DNA of 64,000 nt from Candidatus Heimdallarchaeota archaeon (GTDB taxonomy: Archaea; Asgardarchaeota; Heimdallarchaeia; Heimdallarchaeales; Heimdallarchaeaceae), in contig JAEOSZ010000031.1 of assembly GCA_016840095.1 (NCBI GenBank), forward strand, positions 64,001 through 128,000, written 5' to 3'. This document shows positions 1 through 9,716 of this stretch, piece after piece. Each line of letters opens with the position of its first letter. The first letter of the stretch is position 1. Under the pieces are notes generated by a model that saw only the letters and a list, made by a program, of their open reading frames with translations, made no database searches and had not been told where the DNA came from. The position numbers and the translations under genes are program-made.

Positions 1-390
1 CCTTGTGTTATTTGCAAAGACTGTAGGGAGATGGATTTGAAACAGTATCCATTAAAAAACGGTTTTATCGAAAAAACAAGAAACTCAAGCTTGATTTCAT
101 TGATTTTAGAACTTAGAGACCCTTTTGATGATATGTTACTCAGAAGGCTAAGTTTAGCACTCTATGAATCTACAGGAATAGTTCAAAAAGAACCAGAACC
201 AGGTTTTTCGATAACGTTCTACATATCTGAAGCATTGTTAGACAAAATAACAGAAATTGAGAAACTAATTGACTTTATTGCAGATTTTCAACACAAATTC
301 TTATCAGAAACAATAGCAGCAAGAAGTGCTTTGAATAAGTGGGAGCGGTCAACAACTAAGAGGTTATTGTGGGATATGAGTATTCAATAA
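1..390 (+). CDS. ARPC4 (Arp2/3 complex p20 subunit)-like protein, 5'-truncated
   Basis: Frame is open from base 1 (PCVICKDCRE precedes the ORF-track Met). Blocks IEKTRNSSLISL, IVQKEPEPGFSITFYIS and KLIDFIADF...ALNKWER match, in order, human ARPC4 blocks recalled from memory: IEGSINSVRVSI, ILRRKPVEGYDISFLIT and KLVDFVIHF...SVNARAR. Confidence 0.75.
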   Translation, partial: PCVICKDCREMDLKQYPLKNGFIEKTRNSSLISLILELRDPFDDMLLRRLSLALYESTGIVQKEPEPGFSITFYISEALLDKITEIEKLIDFIADFQHKFLSETIAARSALNKWERSTTKRLLWDMSIQ

Positions 391-394
391 TTTA

Positions 395-1540
395 CTAAGA
401 AACACTTTTCCAGTAAAGACCTAGTTTATCTGCATGATTTCTGACTTCATACATTTCTGTAGTAGAAACCCTTTTGTTAATTTCTGGAAATCCACTAGTT
501 TGAAGGACTTTATAATCTGGGTGATATTGAGCCATGATGTTTACTAAAGGTGTTTTCAGATTCTCACTCACCCAATTCAAGAGAGGTATTGAACAACAAT
601 TTGTGTGATTTGGCATAACTAAGTGTCGAATTATATACTCACCAGTTCCTCTCTCTTCAATCATTTTCATATTTCTTTGAAGAGCTTCCCAATAATGTGG
701 AGCTTTGGAATATTTAGATGCACACTCTTTGTTTGCATATTTCATATCTGGTAACCAAATATCAAAAAGATCTGCAATCAATCTCATGCTAGTGTCTGTT
801 AAGTACATATTACTATTCCATAACATAGGTACATCCACTTGAGAATGGTGAAAAGATTCAAGAATTACATGGAGATTCGGTGTAGGATCTCCCCCTACAA
901 AATTGATATTTCGAGCATTTTGTTTAACAAGTGTATAGTAATGCTGAGCGAGTTGAGTCGGTGAAGACCCTCTTCCTTTTACTCTATCTAATTCAAATTC
1001 ATGACTAATATCCCAATTTTGGCAGAATTGGCAATGCATAGTGCAACCAAGGAAGAAAATAGTTCCACTTGGAACGATTGGGCTTTCTTCTCCCATGTGG
1101 ATAAATGCAGAACTGACATAAGCACTTCCATCAACTCCACATTTGCCAATTTGTCCTTCCTCTCGATTAGCCTTACATTTGTTTTCACAAAATTCACAAG
1201 AAGAGAGCATATCTTTCAAAATAGCTAACTTTAATGACAAATAATTATTTTTTTCTAAATCTTTATCCTTGAACAGATTTTCAACCTCTTTCTCAACTTC
1301 CTCTAAAGAAAGATGTTGTTTTTCAGAAACCCAATTCTTGAATTTTGAATGATTGTGTTCATGAATATTCAATAGTTCATCTTTATCTTTGAACTCATTG
1401 AAGGGTACATAGAATAATCGAGCTAGTTTATACCTAGGAATTCTCTTACCTTGGAATATTTCTCTATAGTGAACTAATCGTTCTTTAAATTCAACCTGCT
1501 GCCATACTGTCATAGCATCTCTTCTTAAAACCGCCCACAT
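395..1540 (-). CDS. PflX-like radical SAM protein (pyruvate formate-lyase activating enzyme family)
   Basis: CxxxCxxC motif CTMHCQFCQNWDIS; N-terminal CEFCENKC...GKC; HMGEE, SGTIFF, INFVGGDPT, WNSNMY, PDMKY, IRHLVMP motifs. Confidence 0.9.
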   Translation of the reverse strand: MWAVLRRDAMTVWQQVEFKERLVHYREIFQGKRIPRYKLARLFYVPFNEFKDKDELLNIHEHNHSKFKNWVSEKQHLSLEEVEKEVENLFKDKDLEKNNYLSLKLAILKDMLSSCEFCENKCKANREEGQIGKCGVDGSAYVSSAFIHMGEESPIVPSGTIFFLGCTMHCQFCQNWDISHEFELDRVKGRGSSPTQLAQHYYTLVKQNARNINFVGGDPTPNLHVILESFHHSQVDVPMLWNSNMYLTDTSMRLIADLFDIWLPDMKYANKECASKYSKAPHYWEALQRNMKMIEERGTGEYIIRHLVMPNHTNCCSIPLLNWVSENLKTPLVNIMAQYHPDYKVLQTSGFPEINKRVSTTEMYEVRNHADKLGLYWKSVS

Positions 1541-1697
1541 TAACTTATAGTTTGATTAGTATCTGAAATACTTTGTGTTGAAAACTAGATTAGAAGAATC
1601 AAATCAGTAATTTATTTCTTCAAAAAAACAAATCAAATATTTCCCTCAAAATAGATGTTAGTTTAATAAAATTTAATAATGAAGTTCAAAGAGTGTC

Positions 1698-2738
1698 ATG
1701 AAGCCGATGTCACAGTCTACAATGCACGAAGCTGAATACTATGAAGTAATTGATGAAGGTAATAGAGTAATTCAATGTCAACTCTGTCCAATTAAATGTA
1801 CATTATTGATAGGGGAAAGAGGTAAGTGTTTTTCACGTGTAAACGTTGAAGGAAAACTGTACTCCTTGACTTATGGATATACAGACATGAAAATTGATAT
1901 GATTGAAAAGCAACATGTTTATCATTTTCATCCAAATTCAAGAGTTCAAACATTTTCTACTTTCAATTGCAATCTGGACTGTGATTACTGTATGATGCCT
2001 GAAAAAATCAGTGTTGATCCAGCAGATACTGGAGCCAAAAAATTAGCGCCAGATCAAGCTGCAATGTTTAGTATGGCTTCTGGATCTAAGGTTATTGCTT
2101 TTGGAGAAGCTGAACCTTTGATTTCTTTTGAATGGGTTCGAGATACAGCCAAGCTAGCTCAGCAAAGAAATCTCAAAGTGTTACTCAGAACAAATGCTTA
2201 TTTCTGTGAAGAGCCTGTAACTGAAATACTAGAATTCGTTGATGCAGTTACAATTGATGTTAAATCGATGTCTGATTCTGGATACCAAGATAAGTGTCAT
2301 GCAGGTACAATAAATGACATTAAGAAAATTATTAAGCTAATCTTCGACAAAGGAAAATTAGTAGAACTAAATCTAGTAATTCATGAAGCTCTTGGAAATA
2401 CAGAAAATCAAACAAGAGAACTAGCTTCGTGGATTATGGAAGAACTCTCGTCATCAGTTCCGCTCCACTTAGCAAGGCTAATACCTTCTCATAGACTAAA
2501 AGAGCTACAACCAACATCTGTAGAATTACTGGAAAAATGTTATGATGTAGCTAAGGAAGTAGGTTTAGAATTTGTTTACCTTGATAATGTACCAGATCAT
2601 GAAGCAACGCATACTTATTGTCCGAAGTGTAAAGAACTACTTATACACAGAGGAGCATCAAATACAGAAGTAAGGAGAGTTTCTCTACACGGTACTTGTA
2701 ATAAGTGTGAAGCTCAGTTAAATATAGTTTTCAAATAG
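1698..2738 (+). CDS. amrS: AmmeMemoRadiSam-type radical SAM enzyme (divergent paralog)
   Basis: CQLCPIKC...GKC..RVN; CNLDCDYC; C-terminal VYLDNVP and TYCPKC...CNKC. Confidence 0.8.
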   Translation: MKPMSQSTMHEAEYYEVIDEGNRVIQCQLCPIKCTLLIGERGKCFSRVNVEGKLYSLTYGYTDMKIDMIEKQHVYHFHPNSRVQTFSTFNCNLDCDYCMMPEKISVDPADTGAKKLAPDQAAMFSMASGSKVIAFGEAEPLISFEWVRDTAKLAQQRNLKVLLRTNAYFCEEPVTEILEFVDAVTIDVKSMSDSGYQDKCHAGTINDIKKIIKLIFDKGKLVELNLVIHEALGNTENQTRELASWIMEELSSSVPLHLARLIPSHRLKELQPTSVELLEKCYDVAKEVGLEFVYLDNVPDHEATHTYCPKCKELLIHRGASNTEVRRVSLHGTCNKCEAQLNIVFK

Positions 2739-2745
2739 ATTGACT

Positions 2746-3066
2746 TCAGACAATTGATTCAATATTGAAATCTACTATTGTTACATTTAGCTGACCTTGA
2801 ATTTCTTCAGTAACTAAATCTATGAATCTGTGGATATCCTCAGTTCCATCCCTATAAGACGCCCTGAACATTAACTGAATTTCTATCCAATCCTCTCGAA
2901 AAAAGGTAGTTTCTAGTCTAGGTTGTCTTTTTGGTTCTTTTTCTTCAAGCTCTTTTTGAGTCATGTGTAAATGAAGATCAAAATCTCCCAGGTCTTCATA
3001 CTGTTCTTCATCGTTTGGTTGAGCTGTAATCCCACAATAATAGTGGTAAAAACCTGAGGTAGTCAT
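2746..3066 (-). CDS. hypothetical protein
   Basis: 106-aa acidic ORF directly downstream of lonB on the same strand; fills the gap. Confidence 0.65.
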   Translation of the reverse strand: MTTSGFYHYYCGITAQPNDEEQYEDLGDFDLHLHMTQKELEEKEPKRQPRLETTFFREDWIEIQLMFRASYRDGTEDIHRFIDLVTEEIQGQLNVTIVDFNIESIV

Positions 3067-3072
3067 TTGGGA

Positions 3073-5019
3073 TCATTTCTTTTGATTATTGTTCTCTAAA
3101 ACTGTGTGTTCTAAAGCTAAATCTTCATACTTCTTAGCAACGTAGCTGTAATCTTTTGGAAGAGCATTGCGAAGAACCTCATGGAAGTTTGAGACTGGTA
3201 TAATTTCTACTTTGTTTTGGTATCTCTCTTCAAGTTTTACATCATCTATATTCTGAATTGGAACAATAACTCTTTGTATTCCTGCTTCAGCAGCTGCTTC
3301 GATTTTTGCAGTAACTCCACCAACAGGAATAACTACTCCTCTAACAGTCAAACTTCCTGTCATTGCAGTATCCTGTCTGATAGGTGCTTTTTCCAGTGCA
3401 GAAATAATTGAAACAGCGATTGATATAGAAGCTGAATCACCTTCAACTCCAGCATATGCTCCTACAAATTGAATATGATAATCGAAATCAGAGATGTCTT
3501 TTCCAACATATTTTTTCACTATTGCAGAAACGTTTTGAACTGCTTCTCGTGCAATAATTCTTAGTTGTCCAGTAGCTATGATTTTACCTTCTCTTCTACT
3601 AAAAGCAGGAACAACTTCTGCTTCAATTGGCATAACTATTCCTGATCTTTGATTAATAACAGCAAGACCATTAACTCTACCAACTTTGGCATCATCTGTT
3701 TCAAATATTTTGTAGAGTTTTCTTGAATCAGCGTAAGAATCACTCATCTGATTTTCTAAGGTTCTTGCAATCACTTTTGCATTTCTGAGTGTTTCTGCAG
3801 ATACTAAATTCTCACCTGTTTCCTTGGCTAAATCTCCTGCAGCTCTTATCAATCCACCTAATTCCCTTAATCGAAGAGTAAGATGACCTTTCTTGTCAGC
3901 TCTTCTTTGAGCTTCATAGATGATTTCTTCAACAGCTTCATGGGTGAAGTGAGGTATTTTTCTATCTTTCACAATTTCTTGAGCACAGAATCTAGCAAGT
4001 TTACGTCTGTTTTCTTGTGTATCTGGCATGGTGTCAGTCATATAAACTTCATATCCAGAACCTTGAATACGAGATCTAAGAGCAGGATGCATGTTTCGAG
4101 TAGTTTCAATATTACCAGCTGCAATTAAAACAAATTTACATGGAACCGGTTCACTTCTAACCATTGCACCACTACTGAGTTCTGATTGACCTGTAATTTG
4201 CAGCTTACCTTCTTGCATAGCAGTTAGTAATTTTTGTTGAGTTCTCATTTCAAGAGTACCGATTTCGTCACTATAAAGAACACCTAAATGTGATTTGTGG
4301 ATTAACCCACTTTCTACTCTTTCATGTGGGGGTGTTCCCAATCCTCCCGATTGGAATGGATCATGTCTTACGTCCCCTAAAAGAGCACCAGCATGTGAAC
4401 CTGTAGCATCATTAAATGGCGCTTTATCCCGTTTACTATTATCAACCAGTAATTTCGGCACCAAAGCTTCAGATTTTGATCTCGATTGATTTAGCATAAA
4501 GAATATGAAAAATCCTACAAACATAGCCATCAAAAGAGTTGTAGGCTGACTTGCTGGATTGCCAGCTGTAGCAATTAATGCATACCCAATTATAGCTAAT
4601 AAAATAGCGATTGAAATAATAAAACGTTTGTTTCCACTCTTTCGAGCAACCTCTGCGTCCATTTCTACTTTTCTAGCTCCATGTCCAGCTGGAAGAGTAG
4701 CAACTCGAGGTTGATTTGGATATTTTGGATTAGCAATACACAGAACATCAACAAGTTCCTCTTTTGGAAGCAGCTCAGCCATAGCTTGTCCGAGCATACT
4801 CTTTCCTGTTCCAGGCTCTCCAATTAGAAGAACATGTCTTCTTTGCAAAGCTGCTTTCTTAATAATTTCTGTAGCATTTTCTTGACCAATAACTTGATCA
4901 ATAAGTCTAGGGGGTACAGAGATTTCACTAGTATCATTGAAATCTATGTCTAGAAGAGTTTCTCTTTTAGCTCCCGATTTCGTCTTTTTCTTTCCCTTAG
5001 GTTGCGTTCCAGACCCCAT
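3073..5019 (-). CDS. lonB: archaeal membrane-anchored ATP-dependent protease LonB
   Basis: Walker A GEPGTGKS, two-TM insertion, LLGDVRHDPFQSGGLGTP, catalytic Ser in GVEGDSAS and Lys in GGVTAKI. Start moved to ATG at 5019 (MGSG). Confidence 0.97.
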   Translation of the reverse strand: MGSGTQPKGKKKTKSGAKRETLLDIDFNDTSEISVPPRLIDQVIGQENATEIIKKAALQRRHVLLIGEPGTGKSMLGQAMAELLPKEELVDVLCIANPKYPNQPRVATLPAGHGARKVEMDAEVARKSGNKRFIISIAILLAIIGYALIATAGNPASQPTTLLMAMFVGFFIFFMLNQSRSKSEALVPKLLVDNSKRDKAPFNDATGSHAGALLGDVRHDPFQSGGLGTPPHERVESGLIHKSHLGVLYSDEIGTLEMRTQQKLLTAMQEGKLQITGQSELSSGAMVRSEPVPCKFVLIAAGNIETTRNMHPALRSRIQGSGYEVYMTDTMPDTQENRRKLARFCAQEIVKDRKIPHFTHEAVEEIIYEAQRRADKKGHLTLRLRELGGLIRAAGDLAKETGENLVSAETLRNAKVIARTLENQMSDSYADSRKLYKIFETDDAKVGRVNGLAVINQRSGIVMPIEAEVVPAFSRREGKIIATGQLRIIAREAVQNVSAIVKKYVGKDISDFDYHIQFVGAYAGVEGDSASISIAVSIISALEKAPIRQDTAMTGSLTVRGVVIPVGGVTAKIEAAAEAGIQRVIVPIQNIDDVKLEERYQNKVEIIPVSNFHEVLRNALPKDYSYVAKKYEDLALEHTVLENNNQKK

Positions 5020-5182
5020 AAATATCACAAATTGATATAGAAGTATTTTCAATTGATAGGGATTACTAACGTTAATAAACATATGTTTTTGGTCAAAAAA
5101 TTAACTTCTTTTGATGTTTGAATATCTTTTACTAGAAATGAAAAGGCTTTAATTTCCATCTAATATTGTTTGCTTGAGATAG

Positions 5183-6073
5183 ATGAAAATTCTTGCAGGT
5201 CCTAATTCTGAGCAAATGACTCAAAAATTAGTAGAGCATTTGAATCTGAATCAATTAGGTTTATCTTACAAATATTTTACTGATGGAGAAACGTATCTTC
5301 AAGTTGAAGGAATACTGGATAAAGATGATGTAATTATTGTTCAAACAACCTTTCCTCATCAAGAAAAAAGTTTGCTTGAGCTAATCTTTCTTGCTAAAAC
5401 TGTAAAGGAAATGGGAGCTGACAAGGTTATTGCAGTAGTTCCATACCTAAGCTATGCGAGAGCTGATAGAAAAAGAGTAGAAGGAGAAGTTATTTCCCAT
5501 AGTGTAATTATGGATTTACTTTCAGCTGTTGAAATCGATACTATGGTTACAATCAATGTACATAATCCTGAAGCTTTTCATAAAACTGCAGAAAAAATGG
5601 AAAAATACAATCTAAGTGCTATACCTGCAATAATTGATTATTTCAAAGAAAAAACAGATAAAAATTGGATTGTAGTAGGTCCTGATAAAGGAAGCAAAGA
5701 GGATATAGATGTTCTTGCCCGAGAATTATCTCTTCCAAGTTATATTTTAGAGAAATATAGAGATCCAATTAGTCATGAAGTCAATTTTGAAGAAGTAAAA
5801 TTTGAGTGCAAATCAAAATCAATTATTCTTTTGGATGATATAATCACTTCAGGTGGAACAGCTCTAAAAGCAATTAAGATGTTACTTGAGAAGAATCCTT
5901 TGAGTATCCAATTTGTAGTTATACATCCACTTGCCGAAGGTAAGGTTTTCAATGAAATGAGAGAGATGGGAGTTAAGGATATTCTCACAGTTAATACAGT
6001 ACCAAGAGAAGATATGGAGCAAATTGACATTAGCTATATGATAAGTAAATTCATTGAGGAAAAATTTCTATGA
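5183..6073 (+). CDS. prs: ribose-phosphate pyrophosphokinase
   Basis: FTDGE, PYLSYARADR, GPDKG and PRPP-binding LLDDIITSGGT. Confidence 0.93.
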   Translation: MKILAGPNSEQMTQKLVEHLNLNQLGLSYKYFTDGETYLQVEGILDKDDVIIVQTTFPHQEKSLLELIFLAKTVKEMGADKVIAVVPYLSYARADRKRVEGEVISHSVIMDLLSAVEIDTMVTINVHNPEAFHKTAEKMEKYNLSAIPAIIDYFKEKTDKNWIVVGPDKGSKEDIDVLARELSLPSYILEKYRDPISHEVNFEEVKFECKSKSIILLDDIITSGGTALKAIKMLLEKNPLSIQFVVIHPLAEGKVFNEMREMGVKDILTVNTVPREDMEQIDISYMISKFIEEKFL

Positions 6074-7098
6074 AAAAATATCTTGCACATATCTGTGGTC
6101 ACTTTCAACCTCTAGGATATGAAGAATTATATGCAGTTCTGGAAGCAGAAAATATCTCCTATTCTATCTTAGAAGTTAATTCTCAAGTGGTTATATTTGA
6201 AACAGCAGATAACCCACTTTATGCGGTAAGTAGATGTGCATTTGTTCACTCATTAATTGAATTATTAGGTACTGGAGAAATTGAAGATGAAAAATTTACC
6301 TTTCTTCATTCCTATGATATTTCTGAATTGGATTCTGGATCAACTTTCTGTTCAAGAGTAACTAAAATTGGAGAGAAAGAAGTTAAAATTAGATTAATGG
6401 ATTTAGAAAGAGAATTAGGTAATCATATTTTCAATAAATTTTCTTCTAAAAAATTTACTGTAAATTTAAAATCTCCAGATTATATATTTAGAACCATTCT
6501 AATAAAGAATCGTTTCTTCTTAGGTTTAGAAATATGGGCAATTAATCGTAAGAAATTTTCTATTCGAGAACCAGGAAAAAGAGATTTCTTCAGACCTGGA
6601 GCAATGAGAACTGATTATGCTAGAGCTCTTGTAAATTTATCTAGAATAAAGAAAGATGAAATTTTCTTTGATCCCTTCTGTGGAGGAGGAGGTTTTCTTC
6701 TAGAAGCATCTTATCTGGGAGCTTATGCAATTGGTTCAGATTTAGATTATACTGCTGTTAAAGGTTCCACCAAAAATATGAAGCAGTTTAAACAATATAC
6801 TGCTGAATTACTTCATGGAGATTCTCGAAATATTCCTATAAGATCATTCCATGCAATTGCAACTGATCCTCCATATTCTCTACAATCATCTACACACGGC
6901 GAAAAGGTTTCTCAATTAACCTATGATTTTTTGATCGAATCAAGAGAACACTTGATGAAAAACAGATATCTTGTTTATTGTACTCCTTCTACAATTGAAC
7001 CTGAGCACATTGTTGAAAGAACTGAATATAAGATAGTAACACTAATAGATACTTTCATACATAAATCGTTAACTAGAAGAATTCTTGTCTTAAAGTGA
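6070..7098 (+). CDS. THUMP-domain tRNA (guanine-10-N2) methyltransferase (Trm11/TrmG10 family)
   Basis: THUMP-like N-terminus (VNLKSPD), DPFCGGGGFL SAM motif, TDPPY, HKSLTRRI. Confidence 0.9.
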   Translation: MKKYLAHICGHFQPLGYEELYAVLEAENISYSILEVNSQVVIFETADNPLYAVSRCAFVHSLIELLGTGEIEDEKFTFLHSYDISELDSGSTFCSRVTKIGEKEVKIRLMDLERELGNHIFNKFSSKKFTVNLKSPDYIFRTILIKNRFFLGLEIWAINRKKFSIREPGKRDFFRPGAMRTDYARALVNLSRIKKDEIFFDPFCGGGGFLLEASYLGAYAIGSDLDYTAVKGSTKNMKQFKQYTAELLHGDSRNIPIRSFHAIATDPPYSLQSSTHGEKVSQLTYDFLIESREHLMKNRYLVYCTPSTIEPEHIVERTEYKIVTLIDTFIHKSLTRRILVLK

Positions 7099-7102
7099 TA
7101 GA

Positions 7103-8023
7103 ATGGCAAATGAGATAACTGTAACTTTTCTTGGAACATCTTCAGCTCCTCCCCAATTATCTAGAAAACAAAGTGCAACAGTGGTGAAATACAAGAGTCA
7201 TACCCTATTATATGATGTTGGAGAAGCAACGCAATACCAAATGATAAAACACAAAATCAAGTTTACAAAATTGACAATTATTCTAACTCATCTTCATTCT
7301 GACCATACATTGGGCTTGATGGGACTACTTACGACAAGGAATTTTAGAAATATTAAAACTCCGATAACAATAATAGGTCCCGAATGGACTTCCAAGTTCA
7401 TTTCTCTCTTATTCTTTGCATATAGATTCAAACCTGATTTTGAGATTACCATCATTGAAACTTCTGGAGGAATAGTTCTAGAAAATAAGGATTTTACTTT
7501 GGAATCATTTCCATTAAGCCACTCAGATACTAGTTTTGGCTACAATCTTGTTACAAAACCCAAAATCGGCAGATTCAATATTAATAAAGCAGTTAAACTC
7601 GGTATACCAAAAGGAGAATTGTGGAAGAAACTTCAAAACGGAAATTCGATAGAAATTGATGAAAAAACAATCCACCCATCAGCTGTTCTAGATGAAGTTG
7701 AGGATGATAGTATGAAAATCACAATTACAGGAGATACACCATTCGATGAAACAACAATAGAGCATGCTCAAAATGCTAATCTGTTAATTCATGATGCGAC
7801 TTACCCTTCCTATGAAGAAGAAAGAGCAAAAAAATATCTCCATTCTACTTGTGTAGATGCAGCAGAAGTTGCTAAAAAAGCTAAGGTTAAACGATTAATT
7901 ATGACACATATTTCTGAACTTCACAAAGACTTAGATGAATCATTGAGAGATGCTCAAGAAATCTTTTCAAACTGTGAATTTGCTGAAGATGGACTAAAGA
8001 TTAAATTGAAATTTAAAGACTAA
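7103..8023 (+). CDS. rnz: ribonuclease Z
   Basis: FLGTSS, DVGE, THLHSDH, exosite GIPKGELWKKLQNG, GDT, HDAT, HST, THIS. Confidence 0.95.
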   Translation: MANEITVTFLGTSSAPPQLSRKQSATVVKYKSHTLLYDVGEATQYQMIKHKIKFTKLTIILTHLHSDHTLGLMGLLTTRNFRNIKTPITIIGPEWTSKFISLLFFAYRFKPDFEITIIETSGGIVLENKDFTLESFPLSHSDTSFGYNLVTKPKIGRFNINKAVKLGIPKGELWKKLQNGNSIEIDEKTIHPSAVLDEVEDDSMKITITGDTPFDETTIEHAQNANLLIHDATYPSYEEERAKKYLHSTCVDAAEVAKKAKVKRLIMTHISELHKDLDESLRDAQEIFSNCEFAEDGLKIKLKFKD

Positions 8024-8462
8024 AAATCTCTGAAAATTTCCTAGGTTGAATTTCTTTGCCATCCTCTGTTTTTGGTGCAAACCAATCCTTGAATTCATAA
8101 GAATTTTCTGCTTTTATTATCAATTGAACGTTTCCTAACGGGGATGAAGAATCTTCAGTAATGAAAGCAATTTTGTTTACAAAAAGTGCTTGTTTATGTA
8201 AGTTAATGACTAATGAATCTAAAGTAGTATCATAAGATATACATTTTCTAACAGAATCTAAAATTCCATTTCTTCGAATATAATTGAACAACCTTTCTAG
8301 AGTTTTCATTGGAATATTATCTGCAATAAGATAGGTTATATTGTCTTCCGCAATTTGCTTGATTTCAGGAAGTTCCTCAACTAAATTTTCAAAGCATACT
8401 AGTACTTTGTCTTCTTCTTCTGTAGGATAGAGAGGGACTCGCAAGCTTACTTTAAGTTGCAT
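8013..8462 (-). CDS. DUF54 / UPF0201 RNA-binding protein
   Basis: YPTEEEDKV, ILDSVR, LHKQAL, SPLGNV and WFAPKTEDG family motifs; usual neighbour of the UPF0200 kinase. Confidence 0.88.
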   Translation of the reverse strand: MQLKVSLRVPLYPTEEEDKVLVCFENLVEELPEIKQIAEDNITYLIADNIPMKTLERLFNYIRRNGILDSVRKCISYDTTLDSLVINLHKQALFVNKIAFITEDSSSPLGNVQLIIKAENSYEFKDWFAPKTEDGKEIQPRKFSEIFSL

Positions 8463-8466
8463 TACT

Positions 8467-9048
8467 TCACCTTGTTTCTAACTCTTCAAGAAGGCTTAAT
8501 GATTGTTTTCTAAAAGATTCTATGGTACTGTTATTTGGAATAACATAATTTGAGAAAGCAATAGTCTCACCAAGACCAAGTTTTAGTTCACTATCATCTC
8601 TTAATCGAAAATCTTCCTCTGTCTGAGGAGCATCTTTTCTACCTCTTATCTTAAGACGTTCATATCTTAGGATTGGATCTACATGAATTGCTACAATAAT
8701 AAAATCATTATTGAGATGTTCTTTGAAGTGAGATACTTCTGCTTGACTTCTAATTCCATCAATAATTATTTTGTAAAAACCTTGTTGCTTTAACTTCAAT
8801 ATAGCAGTACATGTTAAATGAGCTACAGCAGTTTCTCCGAGTTCTTCTCTTAATTTGAGCATATATTTTCTGCTCATTTCAGGAGTTGGTTCAAATCCTT
8901 CCTCTACTACTTTTGCTCTAACAACATCTCCCATAACAACAGTATGATAACCAAGTTCTTCTGCAAAATTTGCAAACTCACTTTTACCAGAACCTGGCAT
9001 TCCAGTTACACCAATAATAGTTGTTTTAGGTTTTGTCATTAAGTTCAT
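8467..9048 (-). CDS. UPF0200 P-loop kinase (archaeal dephospho-CoA kinase-like)
   Basis: GMPGSGKS, MGDVVR, DGIRS..EV, RGRKD, RD..ELKLG. Confidence 0.88.
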   Translation of the reverse strand: MNLMTKPKTTIIGVTGMPGSGKSEFANFAEELGYHTVVMGDVVRAKVVEEGFEPTPEMSRKYMLKLREELGETAVAHLTCTAILKLKQQGFYKIIIDGIRSQAEVSHFKEHLNNDFIIVAIHVDPILRYERLKIRGRKDAPQTEEDFRLRDDSELKLGLGETIAFSNYVIPNNSTIESFRKQSLSLLEELETR

Positions 9049-9121
9049 TGTGAGTAGATTTAATGTAATTAAAAATGTTGTTAAAGCAAATTAATTTGAT
9101 AAATGCAACAAAACATATAAA

Positions 9122-9712
9122 ATGATAGTAAACTACAACATGCAAATGGTTCGAGCTTTCATATCAATAGATTTCAAAGATGAGAAAATCTTGAAGGGAG
9201 TTCTAGAAATACAGCAGCAAATTAGGAATTCAAATGCAGCTATTAGGTTAGTAAATCCTGAGATATTACATATAACATTGGAATTCATTGGTGAAATTAC
9301 TGATGAACAAGTTTCAGTATTATCTGACATGCTATCAAAAATCGAATTTAAAAGCTTAAAACTTGAAGTAAACGAACCAGGAGTGCTTCCAAATGAGAAG
9401 TACGTTAGAGTTGTATATTGCGAAGTCAACGGAGATATAGAAAGATTGAAAGAAATACAAAAAGAAATCAGAAATAACCTCAGAAAGCTAGGATTTAGAG
9501 TAGATTCAAGGACTTTCAAACCTCATCTTACGATAGGGCGAGTTAAATCTCCAAAGAATAAAGAAGAATTGATTAAGGTTATAAAGAACCTATCTGAATA
9601 CAGATGTGGAGTGCAAGAAATTAGCTCAATTACTCTAAAAAAATCTGAACTAAAACCTGAAGGACCAGCGTATTCAGTTCTATATAAGGTAGATGCAATA
9701 GACAAAAGGTGA
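9122..9712 (+). CDS. thpR: RNA 2',3'-cyclic phosphodiesterase (2H family)
   Basis: RAFISID and two HxT motifs (HITLEFIG, PHLTIGR); SELKPEGPAY. True start may be 9140 or 9146. Confidence 0.93.
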   Translation: MIVNYNMQMVRAFISIDFKDEKILKGVLEIQQQIRNSNAAIRLVNPEILHITLEFIGEITDEQVSVLSDMLSKIEFKSLKLEVNEPGVLPNEKYVRVVYCEVNGDIERLKEIQKEIRNNLRKLGFRVDSRTFKPHLTIGRVKSPKNKEELIKVIKNLSEYRCGVQEISSITLKKSELKPEGPAYSVLYKVDAIDKR

Positions 9713-9716
9713 TTTC

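Noticed and set aside
5020-5082. N-terminal extensions given by the ORF track for lonB (also 34218-34313 and 50389-50436)
   Set aside because: They cover AT-rich promoter-like DNA or abut the neighbouring gene; downstream ATGs fit the family N-termini better.
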